Translations under genes and position numbers: made by a program
Notes under the pieces: model-generated
What the model was told of the DNA's origin: nothing
The model's database searches: none
What the model saw: the letters and a program-made list of their open reading frames with translations, nothing else
Shown here: piece after piece, positions 25,101 to 38,450 of the stretch
How the letters are laid out: every line of letters starts with the position of its first letter
Numbering within the stretch: the first letter of the stretch is position 1
Assembly (NCBI RefSeq): GCF_963921235.1
Contig: NC_086097.1
Location: 73,038,001 to 73,102,000 of the forward strand
Source of the DNA: Mobula hypostoma
Taxonomy: Eukaryota
DNA: 64,000 nt
Direction of reading: 5' to 3'

Positions 25101-28100
25101 TCTGCTTGGATTTCCATGTGTTCCTCTATGGGTAGGATTTGTGCTACTGTATTTGAGAACTTTTATCAACACTCCTTCAAATGCAATTCCAAGCATCCGT
25201 TGTTTTTCTTGGAAATCTTTGAGTAAACATAGTCACTTATTACAAGACATAGGATGTTTTGAGCTGATAGAATGACATAACACCGTGGCATTATCTGGAG
25301 ACAAGATAAAGCAGATAAAACAGTTATAGCAAGAAATGAAATCATTACTTATTCCACTAAATGAATATTAATGTTCAGTTAGGGACTGAAAAACGAAATC
25401 ACATTTGGAAAATATAACTTTAGAAATTGTCAGAATGATTTACACCCTGGCTACCATCTTCCAATGTGACCTGCACAGTCCTTGACTGCAGGAATTGTAG
25501 CTACCTTGTTATTGCTGCCGGGAATCATGGAGAGCAGTTCATATCCTTAAAGAACACTCACCATGCTAATCACTCTACAGCAGCATTGGAGGTCGGGGAA
25601 AAGGAAAATATATCGCTTCTGTGGGTGTGGTCTCACACAAGAGACCTCCATGTAATCATCAGCACAGATCAAGCCTTAAGTCATAGTTGGTCCAAGGCAT
25701 TGTGAGTGGCTTACCATTCTTCAAAGATTACTATTGTGCAAACTGCAATAAGTACCGTCTGATCTGGTGCTGATTGTTAAAAACTTAAGCACGCAGATGC
25801 AAATAGTTACGCATCAATGAACTAATGGGGGCCTTCTAATCTGGGTTTTTTTCCTCTTCCCCTTCCTCTTGCCAGAAGGTAAAAAGAAAGGTCATGGTTG
25901 CACAACTTAAGTTGATGAGATGCAAATGAATGTCCTGCCTATGGAAATCATCAATAGTTACATAGATGACACCAGGAAAATGGCCACTATGCATCCAAAT
26001 TGCTTTGTCCAGCTTACTGAAAGACAGGATTTCAATGGGAAATTACAACGGTCACGTTGAAACATGCATGTACAACTGTTGTGTGAAGTTTATTCATAAA
26101 ATACATATGTAAGTGGGTCTAATTTCAAAGTTTTAATTGTTCAACAAAACTGAATGTAATAGTAATTAATTCTTCATATAAAATTATGATTGCTGCAAAT
26201 CCCAATTAACTCTGTTTTCTGATAACAGTGCTCAATTATTTTGCTTAATAATATCTGCCAATTTTTTCTGTTGTCAAGATTCCTGACTCTTTCTCAATCT
26301 ACCAATGCTGGTTATCTTATCTGTGCATTCAATGGATTATGCCTTTTTATGCTTTGCAATTTAAAAATTATTTCCTGTGGGCATTTTATTTCATTTCATG
26401 AATTGTTGTTATTTTTGTTGTTAGCAATACTGCTCTGCTTTATTTCTTGATCTTGTTTTCCTCTATTTTTCTTCCAGTTTCTTATTGCTCTGGAATACAC
26501 CTTTTCTAATTGCACTTCTGAGCTGGAGATAAATGGTAGGCAATCTCGTCTCTGGATTATGCTGTCCCTACTCTCATAATAGCTGTATGAAATTGGTCAA
26601 TCTCCTTCATCATTGTTGAGTCAGACTACTGCAACGACCCGTCTGATGACACTATGGGAATACCTTTCTGCGAACTGCAATAGTTCACACCGAGATTCTG
26701 TCTCCACCCACTTAGGCAGCATCAATGAATGTTGCTATTACCAGAAATACTTGCATAATGCACTTGGATAACTTGCCCTTGAATTCTCCATTCTCTTAAT
26801 TGGGCCAAAAATTTAGTGCAACGTGGACACCTTGTGTTTCAAAATGAAAATGAGTATACTGCAGGGAAGAGTGTTTTATTGCATCTAGATACGGGAGTTA
26901 ACACCTTATCTCACAGTTAGCAGCAGATGGCGAGCAGGCATATCATTACCCTAAGCAGCCAGGCCATGTTGATTTGAGACTTCCAATGCAGTTTGAAGTC
27001 TCTGTTCCCACAAGCAACCTGTTTTAACCTAATCTAACTGAACTCAGTGGTAAGCAATGTGAAGAAATACCCCACCAGATCTACAAGAAGAGATCCTGAA
27101 TAATGTACAAGGAATTTGCTGGATAATTTATTTTGATTGCTGGTACATTAGTGCATATTTAGAGGCTTTCTATACTCACAGAGGTATACTCTCTATACTT
27201 ACAGATAGTGCCTGGTAGGGTTGACAACCTTTTGTAAAATTAATTTTGAAAATCGTGCTGAAAGATGTTTCATGTATTGTCTTTAATGTCATATCCTGGG
27301 ATCTGAACAACAGGAAATATAATAAAGCCAAAAATTTTAAACACATTGCCAGAAGGAAAAAAAAATGGCCTGAGTAGAAGTCCCTGTGCACTTCATGAAG
27401 CATGCCACTTCCTTTAACATCAGCAATAACCAATGCTAGAGATGTCTGTGTTAAACAAGAGGTCATGACTGAAATCTATCAGCTGTTGCGAACACAACTG
27501 AGTATTCAAAACAGGGCATGGAGTGCATTGTTTGTAGCTCTCAAGCAGACTTTGACTCTTCAGGGCTCCAAACCAATGCACAAGATAAAATAAATGAAAT
27601 TTCAAGTACACTGCAGCATAAGGGAGTTTACAGAATTTCTCCATATAATTTGGTACACCACCCATTCAGTTATTCTAGCCTGAAGTCAGTTGAAGGAGTG
27701 AATATGTGTAATTCCATAGACTGCAGATATTGCCATGAAGAAGAATGCCATTGACTCTATGTAGATGCCTTAGTTTCTTCTTCACCTCAGTTTGTGTACT
27801 CTACAACATTTGAACCACTTCCCGTATTTGATCCACTAGCAAAGGTGTTAAAGGGAAGTTAGGCCTATCCCTTAATGGAGGTCATCACTCCAACTAGGAA
27901 TATATGAAGATGGCTGAAGTGGAATACCATGTTGCCACAAGGGGTATTTTACTGAATATCATAGGCATCATTTGAACCTCTAAGATACTCATTTGAGGAA
28001 GCATCAGAATAGTAGTGGCATTCTACACACTACAAAAACTGGTCATGAGCAAGAAATGGTCCTTGCCAGCAACAGTCAACTGATAAGTAAGACAACAATG

Positions 28101-29834
28101 AGAAGGAAAAGATTGCACAGCCAGAAGGGATGCACATTAATCATGTATTGCAATATACATTGGCTGTTTTTACAGATTATCCAATTCAAAACATCTTATT
28201 CTTTGCATCCCTTCCAAATACCACAGCTGATATCAGGAAATTGCTATATAGAATTAAGTTGACTGATCCAGAAGTTCACATTCTGGTGTCAATCTCCACC
28301 TAGAAAATGTATAGAATACAATCACAAAATCCATATTTTAACCCTATAAATTCATGTAACTGGACAAAAACATGGCACATTGAAGAAATATGGAATATCA
28401 TCTTCAAAAATTGCACTGTAGTTCTCAAGGGCCCTGTGATATTTCATAGCTGCCTGTATAGTTGTATTTAAATTGGAAACTTTCACAGGCTATGATTTCT
28501 TGTATTCCTGCATGTATCATGAGTTATTATTCACAGGAGTTCCTTACTCCAGTCTACAAATAAGCACTCAAATTTCTGAAGAATTGTTTTTCATTATTTA
28601 GGTTCTATGTTGCATTTCTCCAACGGGATTATGCTAAGCATAAGAAATGTCAATGTAGCACTTTGATAGGCATTTGTAATTTTGGAGTTCAGGCAGCATG
28701 AAACTAGATTTCCTTTGTTAAAATCAATTGAATGCTCTGAACCAAGTGTCCTCTGCCAAATAATTGCAAATTCAGAAACAAAAATGGAAAATGCTGGAAA
28801 CACTCAGTGGGTGGGGAGAAGAAGAGTGTCACCATTTCAGTTCAACAACCTTTCATCACAACTGGAACAGTGCAATCAAAGGCATGCTTTGAATTGCAGA
28901 ATGGAGTAGGATGGAGAGAATCGAGGGAATATCTGTGATAGGATACACACCCAAGGCCACTGGCAGCTAGAGATGGAAGAGAGAAAAAAGAAAGAAGTTG
29001 AAACTATAAGGTACAACTATATTTGTTCATTTTTTTTATCCCTAAGATTTTTAAATGAAAGTGGACATGTATTCCATACAAATTTACTTACTACAGAGAT
29101 TCGACCATGGAACATTTGGAAATACATTCTGTTCTAGCCAAGAGAAATGACAGGATTATTGAAATGATGAAAGCAGACATAAATTGCCAAGATACTCCTA
29201 CTTCTGTCACATTCTCTTTCTTTTCTCTGTCATAAATCTAGGAGGCATGTTCACTGTATTGCACACGAATCCACTTCTTCAGTTCAGCAACACTCACTCA
29301 GATTTATCCGGCATTTTCCCATGTACAAACGTTGTATGTGAAGCTGATCCATAACTTATCCATTCATCTTCTGCCGTTACTACCATACTTAAACTTCAAA
29401 CATTCCTTCCAAATGTACTTTTCATTTGTTCTACCTTCACTCCAATTAACTATGGACAATGCTGACGTTACACTCTCTTCAATCTTGGCAAGACCAAACA
29501 GAAATCAGCTGAAGGTTTGGCAGAACCAGCACCACTTTAAAATCCACAAGTTCAAAACTGCCAAACCGTCAGCTGATTCCCATTCCACTTGCACACTGAC
29601 TTTTCCATATTCAATTCAATGAAGCTCAGTGTAACCTTGATAAAAATCTCATCTTTCATCATTAACAGCCTTCCATGCTCAATATTAATTTCAACAATAT
29701 TTGCTAGTAATTCTTCCTATGACATCTCATTGAAACTATTTTTTCCTTCTCCACCAGTATCTTTGCCACTTTGCACAGTCATCTCTTTTATCTTTTCATT
29801 TTGCCTGACCATTTCCTTTGTTGTTTACCCCGTA

Positions 29835-30498
29835 CTCTACCTTAGGAGCCTGTGGAAATTCGGCATGACATCTAAAATTTTGACCAATTTCTTTAGATGT
29901 GGCATGGAAAGTGTATTGACTGGCTACATCATGTCCTGTCACAGAAACACCAATGCTTTTGAATGGAAAATCCTGCGGAAGTTAGTGGATTTGGCCCATT
30001 ACATCACAGGTATACACAGGATTTGGCCCAGTATATCACGTGTGCTCAACCAGTGAGCACAGTCACATGAAATGCAGTTGTAGGAAAGCAGCATCCATCA
30101 TCAGAGATCCACACCACCCAGACCATGCTCTTTTCTCGCTTCTGCCACCACGTAGAAGGTAGAAGAGCCTCAGGACTTGCACTTCTATGTTCAAGAACAA
30201 TTACTACCCTACAACCATCAAGCTCTGGAACAAAGGGAATAACTACACTTACTTGCCCATCGATTGAGATGTTCCCACAACTAATGATATCACTTTAAGG
30301 ATTCTCCATCTTGTTATCCCACATTCTCCTTATTTATTACTATTTATATTTGCACTTGCATGGCCTGTCATCTTCTGCACCCTAGCTGATCTTCCATTGA
30401 TCCTATTATAGTTCAGTCTGCTCACAGTAAAATGAATTTCAGGGTTGTACATGGTGACATATATATACTTTGATTATAAAATTTACTTTGAACTTTGA
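29835..30498 (+). mobile_element. Rex1/Babar LINE 3' end
   Basis: LYLRSLWKFGMTSKILTNFFRCGMESVLTGYI; HPDHALFSLLP. Same 3' UTR and ACTTTGAACTTTG tail as 20650-20731. Confidence 0.88.
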
Positions 30499-31924
30499 GC
30501 TTGTCTCCCAGCAATTTTTCTGCATCTTTATACTTCTTTGTCTTGTCCTTTTCAATTAAGGATGAAGCTCTCTTTGTCCCTCCACAGATGCTATCTGGCC
30601 TATTATATACAGTGCATCAATATTTCCTCTGCTTATATCTGTAGTATTGTATTTTTATTTTATTAATATATTTGTTTAATAATTTAATCTCAATGAAGAA
30701 ATGTTGTGGAGAACTGATTTTTACATCTACTCCCTCTGGATGACAAATTAATTAAACTGAGGTCCACATCAATTAACAAAGCAACATATCATATTTCAGA
30801 CGCAACTAGCACATCTCACAGCCACCATTTTAAGTCATCTGTGCATTAGCAGAAATGGAGATAACTGATTCTGCTCCTTGCTTTGGGAGATCACTGTAAA
30901 GTAACAAATCCAGTATTAGTAACAGAGAGGTAGACTTCACTGGGGCCATTTGTTCCAGCCAATATTTCATACATGACTGATTTGTTTTCTTACTTTTTGG
31001 CTTCAAAATACACTGTGGACACTTACATTATTTAAAGTTCCTGTAACATTACTCAAGAGAATCTAATGTCAAGAAATGTATTTGAATTAAGTTCCAAAAG
31101 CAAGTAATACCCACGTGATAAGAGCAATGAAGGGTATTAATAGCAGTTTTGTTTTCACGGCTAAAAATAGCTTAAAATGCCACTGGCAAGGCAGATCCCA
31201 ACAGCTAATAGAACCATAGAGGAGGTGATTGCTGTCAACAACAGAGTGATAATGACTCAGGTGGTAAGTCAGGGGAGTGAGTGAGGCTGGAGCATGAGAA
31301 CATGCAACAAATACACTCTTTCAGAAGAAGAAGTATTATGAGAATTATTTTTAAATGCATATAAGAAATTGCTGCACGCTGTCTTATTTTTGGCATTTTG
31401 GTAATGTTGTGAAAGTCTTGTAAAGTGGAGAAACTTCACTTGTGATGTTCAAGGATGAACAAAGATGGAATTCTCCATGCATCTCTGTGCTGTACACGCC
31501 TCAGCTTCAGTGTGCTATTCTTCCTTTGCCGGATACTTCTATGGCACTGAGAGGGCAGGTTTGGGGGCAATGATCAGAGAGGAAAGGTCAGCGGGCCAAG
31601 GATACTGTGCATTAGGGTGGGACAATAGAGAGAGGGAAAGGATATGTCATGCGAAGTAGTGAACAGTGTTGGTGCTCAGGATAAAACTGTGGTAGAAGGA
31701 TTTGGAAGGGAGGAGGGGCAGTGCAGCAACAAGCAATCTGCTGGAAGAATTTAGCAGGCCAAGCAGCGTCTGGGAGGAAAGAAGTTATTGATGTTTCCGG
31801 TTGAACAATTATATTGAAAAATTACCCAAAGTATAATTCTATAAATGAGTTACCCAGTTTTTCAGAGACTCAGCAGTATGTTTGTTAAAATAGTTCCAAT
31901 GTAAACAATTTATGCTTTGAAAAC

Positions 31925-32290
31925 TGTAAGACATTGGAGCAGAATTAGGCCTTTCTGCCCATTGAGTTTTCTCCACCATTCATGGCTGATTTATCATTTC
32001 TCTCAGCCCCATTCTCCTCCCTTCCCTCCGTAACCATTAATGCCAACAACCTTTCAACCTCTACTTTAAACATACTAAAAAGACTCCTAAGCTGTCTGTG
32101 ACAATGCATTGTACAGATTCACCACCTTCTGGCTAAGGAGTTCCTCCTCATCTCTGTTCTAACGGGATATTCTTGTGTACTGAGGTTGTGCCCTCTGGCC
32201 CTAGACTTTTCCACTCTAGGAAAATCCTCTCCATATCCTCTCGATCTAGACTTTTCAATATCGCAAAGAGGGTTTCAATGAGATCACTAA
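31925..32290 (-). mobile_element. CR1 3'-end fragment
   Basis: Similar to 17106-17330 and 17550-17690 (GGAGCAGAATTAGGCC..ACAGATTCACCACCTTCTGGCTAAGGAG). Confidence 0.8.
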
Positions 32291-32851
32291 CATAGCAAGA
32301 CAACTTTCTGAGTCTGAGTGTTGTCAAGACATTGGGAGCAAAAGCAAGGGGCGAGTTATTATAAGGCCTGGATATCGCACATTCTCCCTATGACCAGGTA
32401 CGTTTCCCCCAATACCCTAGTTTCCTAAAGAATTCCACCGTATGGGTTCAATCAGCAGGATATGTAGCCAGCTCTCTAGCAAGGCCATAAAGAAAAAGGC
32501 AATTGTAAGGAATAAATACAAACATCCAGTTGAGCCAAAGGAAAATGGGAGGTGAGAGCCGCAATGGGCAGGCAATCAAACTAGGGTGGAATTTTAAATT
32601 TGGCAGGAATGGGAGTGGAGCGTGGTCAATGTCAAAATGTAACTGGGGAAGAGATGAGGTTGGTTATCATGCAAAGGAAGGATTAAGATTGAGAAAATAG
32701 ATGGGAGGAGCAGGTCAGCCAGAAAAAACTGTAAAACTCACTTAAAATTTATAGAAAGAAGCAGGGTGACTCAAGTCAACATTGGTCAAATTGAGAAGAG
32801 ACTGGGGAATTAATAATGGGTGGTAAGGAAACAGCAGACACCTTAAACAGA

Positions 32852-33385
32852 TGACACAAAAACTGCAGAAACTCAGCATATCAGGTAGTATCTATGCAGG
32901 GGAATAAACAGTCAACTTTTCGGGCTGAGATCCTTCATGTGGACTGAAAAAGTAAAGGGGAGGTGAAGGAGTACAGGCTGGTACGTGTTAGCTGAGATGA
33001 GGTGAGGGGTGGGTGGAGATGAGTTTGCAGCAAAAGGCTGGGAGGGAATAAATGAATGAGGTAAAAGCTGAAGAAACAGGAGAGTACAGGGGACCATGGA
33101 AGAAAAGGATGGAGGAGAAGAACCAGAGGGAGGTGGACCAGGTGAGGAGAGGAGAAGGGGTAATCAGAATGAGGAATAGATGAAAAGAGAAGAAAAGAGG
33201 GGGCAGAAATTTCTGTAAGTTAGAGAAATCAAAGTTCAGGTTGGAGGCTATCCAGACAGAATAGTATCACCTCCAGCCTGAGTTTGGCAATAGAGAAGGC
33301 AATGGAATAGGAATGTGTAGTCAAATTGAAATAAGTAGCCACCGGAAGATCTTGCTTTTTGCCAAGGTGGTCAACAAGCTGGTAG
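32852..33385 (-). mobile_element. Penelope-like 3' fragment/pseudo-LTR, flanked by CR1 ORF2 remnants (~32700-32850 and ~33390-33610)
   Basis: Reverse complement of the tail seen at 8280-8700 (ACACAAAAACTGCAGAAACTCAGCA..TTTCGGGCTGAGATCCTTCA..GGTTGGAGGCTATCCAGAC). Confidence 0.75.
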
Positions 33386-33748
33386 CCCAATCTGTGTTGA
33401 ATTTTTTTGTGTCTTCACAGTGGAAGACTGAATACATCCTAATTATAGCTGAAAATCCATGTGGCAAAAGTAAGGAAGATCTTAAAACAATCAAGGTTCA
33501 TGGAGAAAATGTACAAGGAAAACTTTTGGGATGAAAGACTGACATGTCCTCTCGATTTGATTGTCTGCTTTCCGGGCTATTAAATAAAATGGATGCGTAG
33601 AATGAGACACTGCAAACTTACCTAAATTCCTAAATTTATATTTTGAAGTTAAAATTGTTTAAAGCTGAAAACAGTGCCATTGTTTCATACTGCATTTAGT
33701 TTTCTGTGCTAGGTATTTTAGTGAGCTAACTTAGCAAAAATGCATAAT

Positions 33749-34924
33749 CAGAATCAGGTTTATTATCACTGGCATGTGATGTGAAATTTGTTATCTTAGC
33801 AGCAGCAGTTCAATGCAATACATAATCTAGCAGAGAGAAAGATAAAATAAAATTTTAAAAAATAATAATAACAATTACCTATATTGAATAGATTTTTTAA
33901 AACGTGCAAGAACAGAAATACTATTTATTTAAATAAGTGAGGTAGTGTCCACAGAATCAATGTCCATTTACGAATCATATGGCAGAGGGAAAAAGCTGTT
34001 CCTGAATCACTGAGCGTGTGCCTTCAGACTTCTGTACCTCGTACCTGATGGTAACAGTGAGAAAAGGGCATGCCCTGGGTGCTGGATGTCTTTAATAATG
34101 GATGCTGCCTTTCTGAGACACCGCTCCTTGAAGATGTCCTGGCTACTTTGTAGACTAGAACCCAAGATGGAGCTGACTAGATTTACAATTTTCTGCAGCT
34201 TCTTTTTGTCCTGTGCAGTAGCCCCTCCATACCAGGCATGGACGCAGCCTGTCAGAATGCTCTCCATGGTACAACTATAGAAGTTTTTGAGTGTATTTGT
34301 TGACATGCCAAATCTCTTCAAGCTCCTAATAAAGTATAGCCACTATCATGCCTTCTTTATAACTACATCGACATGTTGGGACCAGATTAATTAGATCCTC
34401 AGAGATCTTGACACCCAGGAACTTGAAGCTGCTCACTCTCTCCACTTCTGATCCCTCTGTGAGGATTGGTACATGTTCCTTCATCTTACCCTTTCTGAAG
34501 TCCACAATCAGCTCTTTTGTCTTACTGATGTTGAGTGATAGGTTGTTGCTGTGGCACCATTCCACTAGTTGGCATATCTCACTCCTGTATGCCCTCTCGT
34601 CACCACCTGAGATTTTACCGACAATGGTTGTATCATCAGCAAATTTATAGATGGTATTTGAGCTATGCCTAGCCACACCATCATGTGTATATAGAGAGTA
34701 GAGCAGTGGGCTAAGCACACACCCCTGAGGTGCGCCAGTGTTGCTTGTCAGCGAGGAGGAGATCTTATCACCAATCTGCACAGATTGTGATCTTCCGGTT
34801 AGGAAGTCAAGGATCCAATTGCAGAGGGAGGTACAGAAACACAGGTCCTGCAACTTCTCAATCAGGATTGTGGGAATGATGGTATTAAATGCTGAGCTAT
34901 AGTCGATGAACAGCATCCTGACAT
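33749..34924 (-). mobile_element. Rex1/Babar LINE RT 3' half, relatively well preserved
   Basis: ORF 34326-34916 [44 protein letters not shown], and ORF 34007-34321. Tail GATAATAAACCTGATTCTGA on the minus strand. Confidence 0.93.
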
Positions 34925-35076
34925 TAATGGAGTTAATGGAGGCTAAAGAGACTGCAGAATCTGAAGCAAAAAATATAGGACTGATGCAGGGTTTTTGCCT
35001 AAAATGTTGACCATTCCTTCTCCCCTCCTATTCTCACCAAAGATGCTATTCGACCTACTAAGTTCCTTGAGCAGAT

Positions 35077-35457
35077 GAGGTAGAGGTGTATAAGATGATA
35101 AGAGGCATACTGTAGATAGAGTAGACAGTGAGCAACTTCTTCCCAGGGCAGAAATGGCTACTACAAGAGGTATAATTTTAAGGTGATTGGAGGAAAGTAT
35201 AGGGGGATGACAGAGGTAGCTTTTTTACCTCTGAGGAGAATAGAACATGCATGGAATGTGCTACCAGGAGTGCTGGTAGCGGCAGATATATTAGGAATAT
35301 TTAAGGGACTCTCAGATAAGCACATGAATGAAAAAAATTGGAGCGCTATGTGGGAGGGAAGGGTTAGATTGATCTTGGAGTAAATTAAAAAGGAAGCACA
35401 TCATGGGGTGAAGGGCCTGTACTGTGCTGTACTGTTCTATGTTCTATGTTCTATGTT
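35077..35457 (+). mobile_element. CR1 3'-end fragment
   Basis: EVYKMIRG..LLPRAEMATTRGIIFKVIGGKYRG..AWNVLPG, ending in (TTCTATG)3. Confidence 0.85.
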
Positions 35458-35689
35458 CAGACTGTCTGTTGCTTAAAAATTAATAGAATTAATCAAAAAG
35501 ATTGTAATGCAAACATAAACAACTGAAAAAGTGTGTCCACAATGTAGAACTCAGCAGCTTCACACATTCTTGCTCCTTCCAAAAATTAGTGTTTTGTTTC
35601 TTATTTTGTTGCAGTTTCACTATCTACCAGAAGATGGCAGCTTTACAACTTTATTTCTGCCAAGATACAACTTTGTGCTCACCTCAGTT

Positions 35690-37280
35690 GGTCCAAAGCG
35701 ATGTCAAAGGCAGGAAAAGTGAAGATGGCCTGAAGAAAGATTTTAGGGAGCTAGGTAGAAAGACATTCCTCAGTATAATCTCTGGATTGCTACCTGTACA
35801 ATGCACCTGTGAGGGGAAGAATAGGAGCATCTAGCAGATAAATATGTGGCTGAGGAATTGGTCCAGGGAGCAAGAGTTCAGATTTCTGGATCATTGGGAT
35901 CTCTTCTGGGGAGCATATGACCTGTACAAAAGGGACAGGTTACACGTGAACCCAAGGGGGGATAATATCCTTGCTAGAGCTATTCAAGAGTGTTTAAGTT
36001 AATTTGGCAGGTGATGGGAACTGGACTGTTAGGGCTGAGGATAGAGTAGTTGGTTTACAAACAGAAGCAATGTGCCATGAGACTACTAGCAGGGTCAGGC
36101 TGATGATAGGGCAAAATTGCAGTCAACAGGATGAGTTGCAATATAAAAGTGGGACAAAATCAGAAAGGGAGATGAAATCAGTATACAGAATAAGATAGAT
36201 TAACTTGTAACAGATTTACAGATTGGCATGTATGACATTGTCGGCATCACTGAATCGGGGCTGAAAAAAGCAAATAGCTGGGAGGTTAACAACCAAGGAT
36301 ACACATTGTTTCAAAAGGATAAGTGGGAAGGCAGAGAGGTGGCGCTGTTGGTAAAAAAAATGAAATGAAATCAAGTCAAATCCTTAAAAAAATGGTGACA
36401 TAGGATCGGAAGGCGTAGAATTGTTCTGGGTAGAGCTAAGAGACAGCAAGAGTAGAAAGGCCCTGATGGGAGTTATATATAGGCCTCTGAACAGTAATAA
36501 AGGTGTGGGCTACAAATTATAACAGTTGTGTACTTGGATTTTCAGAATGCCTTTGACAAGGTGCCATATATGAGGTTGCTTAACAAGTTAAGAGCCCATG
36601 GTATAACAGGAAAAATACTAGCATGGATAGAGCATTGGGTGAATGGCTGGAGGCAAAGAGTGGGAATAAAGGGAGACTTTTCTAGTTGGTTGTCAGTGAG
36701 CAGTGGTGCTCCACTGGGGTTTGAGTTGAGACTGCTTCTCTTTACATTATATGTCAGTGACTTGGATGACGGAATTGAGGCTTTCTGGCCAAATTTGCAG
36801 ATGACACGAAGATTGGTCAAGGGGCAGAAAGGCTACAGAAGGACTTAGACAGATTAAGAGTGTTTGATGGCTCTGGGTTTGTACGCAATAGAATTCAGAA
36901 CTTTGAAACCTATCAAATATTGAAAGGCCTTGACAGAATGGATGTGAAGATGTTTCCTTTAGCTGGGGTGTGTAGGACCAAAGAGCACAGCCTCAGAATA
37001 GAGGGACATCCATTTAGAGTGGAGATGAAGAGGAATTCCTTTAGCCAGAGTGTGGTGAATCTATGGAATTTGTTGCCGCCTGTGGCTGTGGAGGACAAGT
37101 CATTGTGTATATTTAAGGCAGAGATTGATAGGTTTTTGATGAGTTGGGGAAGAAAGGGTTACAGGGAGAGAGAGGCAGGAGACTGAAGCAGAGAGGGAAA
37201 TGGGTCAGTCATGGTGAAATGGCAGAGCAGACTCGAAGGGCCGAATGGCATTACTTCTGCTCCTATATCTTATGGTCTTA
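35690..37280 (+). mobile_element. Internally deleted CR1 (ORF1 esterase, endonuclease, RT and 3' end)
   Basis: GRKSEDGLKKDFRELGRK..IISGLLPV; FLDHWDLFWGAYDLYKRDRLHVN; YDIVGITESGL; GVIYRPLN; YLDFQNAFDKVPY; VVNLWNLLP. Tail TCTTATGGTCTTA. Confidence 0.88.
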
Positions 37281-37805
37281 CCACTTCCTGGATATTCAAA
37301 CTCATTTAAAAGAATAAAACACCTTGCAAGACTCCTTAAGTGTGCTAGATCTCAACATGAAGGTCGGAACAAAGGAAATGTCCCAATTACTTGAAAATTT
37401 GTTGTCCCTCATATTATCAAATGTTTTCATAGCTCTTGATAAAAACATCAATGTTCTTTAAGGCTCTTAACCCACTAGGAGGAGCTCTAGATTATTTTAT
37501 TGCCTCAAAAGTGTGATGGCAAGACATGCTTAATTAAAATAAGTGTTCATGGTATAATACAGTTAAAAGCATCTTCCCTGTGATCATGGTTTGTAATGGG
37601 GGTCAAACTATTTTTGATTATTGCCATTATTTTGTAAATCATGAATGTCTTTTGTTAAGTCGTTCAAATAACCTTTAGATACAGTATTTACTTGTAGATT
37701 TATTTTCTTTAAAATCATCCTTTCTCCATTGTCAGATGCTCCACAGAATGAAACACGATCGAGCCACAGATTTATCTTTGTTTCTGGTGAACAACGTAAG
37801 TTCTG

Positions 37806-38450
37806 TCTTTGCAAGTGCGCCTGATATCCCTGCTGGAGCCAATGGTATTTGCATCATCTCACGGCTTGCCATCCATTGTGAACAGGATTCAAGGAGAGCT
37901 GTGGTACATTTCTTTCCCCCTTGTCAGGATCCGGCAGTCAGAGGGACCAGCCAGCCACAGGCTTCTCTGTGGTGGAGGGTGACAGTCACTACACACACGT
38001 TGCTTTGCAGATGCCGCTCAAACATCGCCCAGCCAGTATGTGAGCATAGACAACAATTAAGGTACCCAGCACCCAGTATCCTGCCAGCCATCACAATCTC
38101 TTTCTTCCACAGTCCTGAATGTACTTGAACTTCCATGACAAAGCGAAAGGTAGCTGCTGCTGCTCTGCGATGCGAACTACCTGCTGATAACACGATTCAT
38201 GATGTTAGTGCATAGAACCATACAGGCATTCAGAATCTGACCACTGCTGCTCTTAAACAAGGTCACAGCTGTCTGGGCCAGCCTACAGAAGCCCCTTGGA
38301 GCTCACTCACTTTGCTTGAGATGGTCCACTGCTTGGTACAGCACCGGAATGGGCCATAAGACATTACACCTATTTCAGTGTTACATTCTCCTGAGGGCTC
38401 AATCCTTACCACAGGCTGCACAGTGAGCAGGAATGGAAAGCAGGAAAAGG
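37806..38450 (+). mobile_element. PIF/Harbinger (HARBI1-like) DDE transposase remnant
   Basis: Across frameshifts: FASAPDIPAGANGICIISRLAIH; GFSVVEGDSHYTHVALQMP (cf. GAIDCTHV); NIAQPVCEHRQQ (cf. NVQLVCDH); QYPASHHNLF (cf. YPGSxHD); LLLCDANYLL (cf. LLGDxGYPL). Confidence 0.7.

Noticed and set aside
25466..25705. WD40-like reading of ORF 25466-25705
   Set aside because: It lacks GH/WD spacing, and the frameshifted reading fits the vWA module order better.
34007..34321. ALKBH8-like N-terminal domain gene (also 9880-10098, 20110-20352, 63089-63505)
   Set aside because: This motif is the C-terminal part of Rex1/Babar ORF2 and recurs here within LINE context.
37806..38450. Domesticated HARBI1 gene
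   Set aside because: It is frameshifted with altered catalytic motifs, which fits a dead transposon copy.
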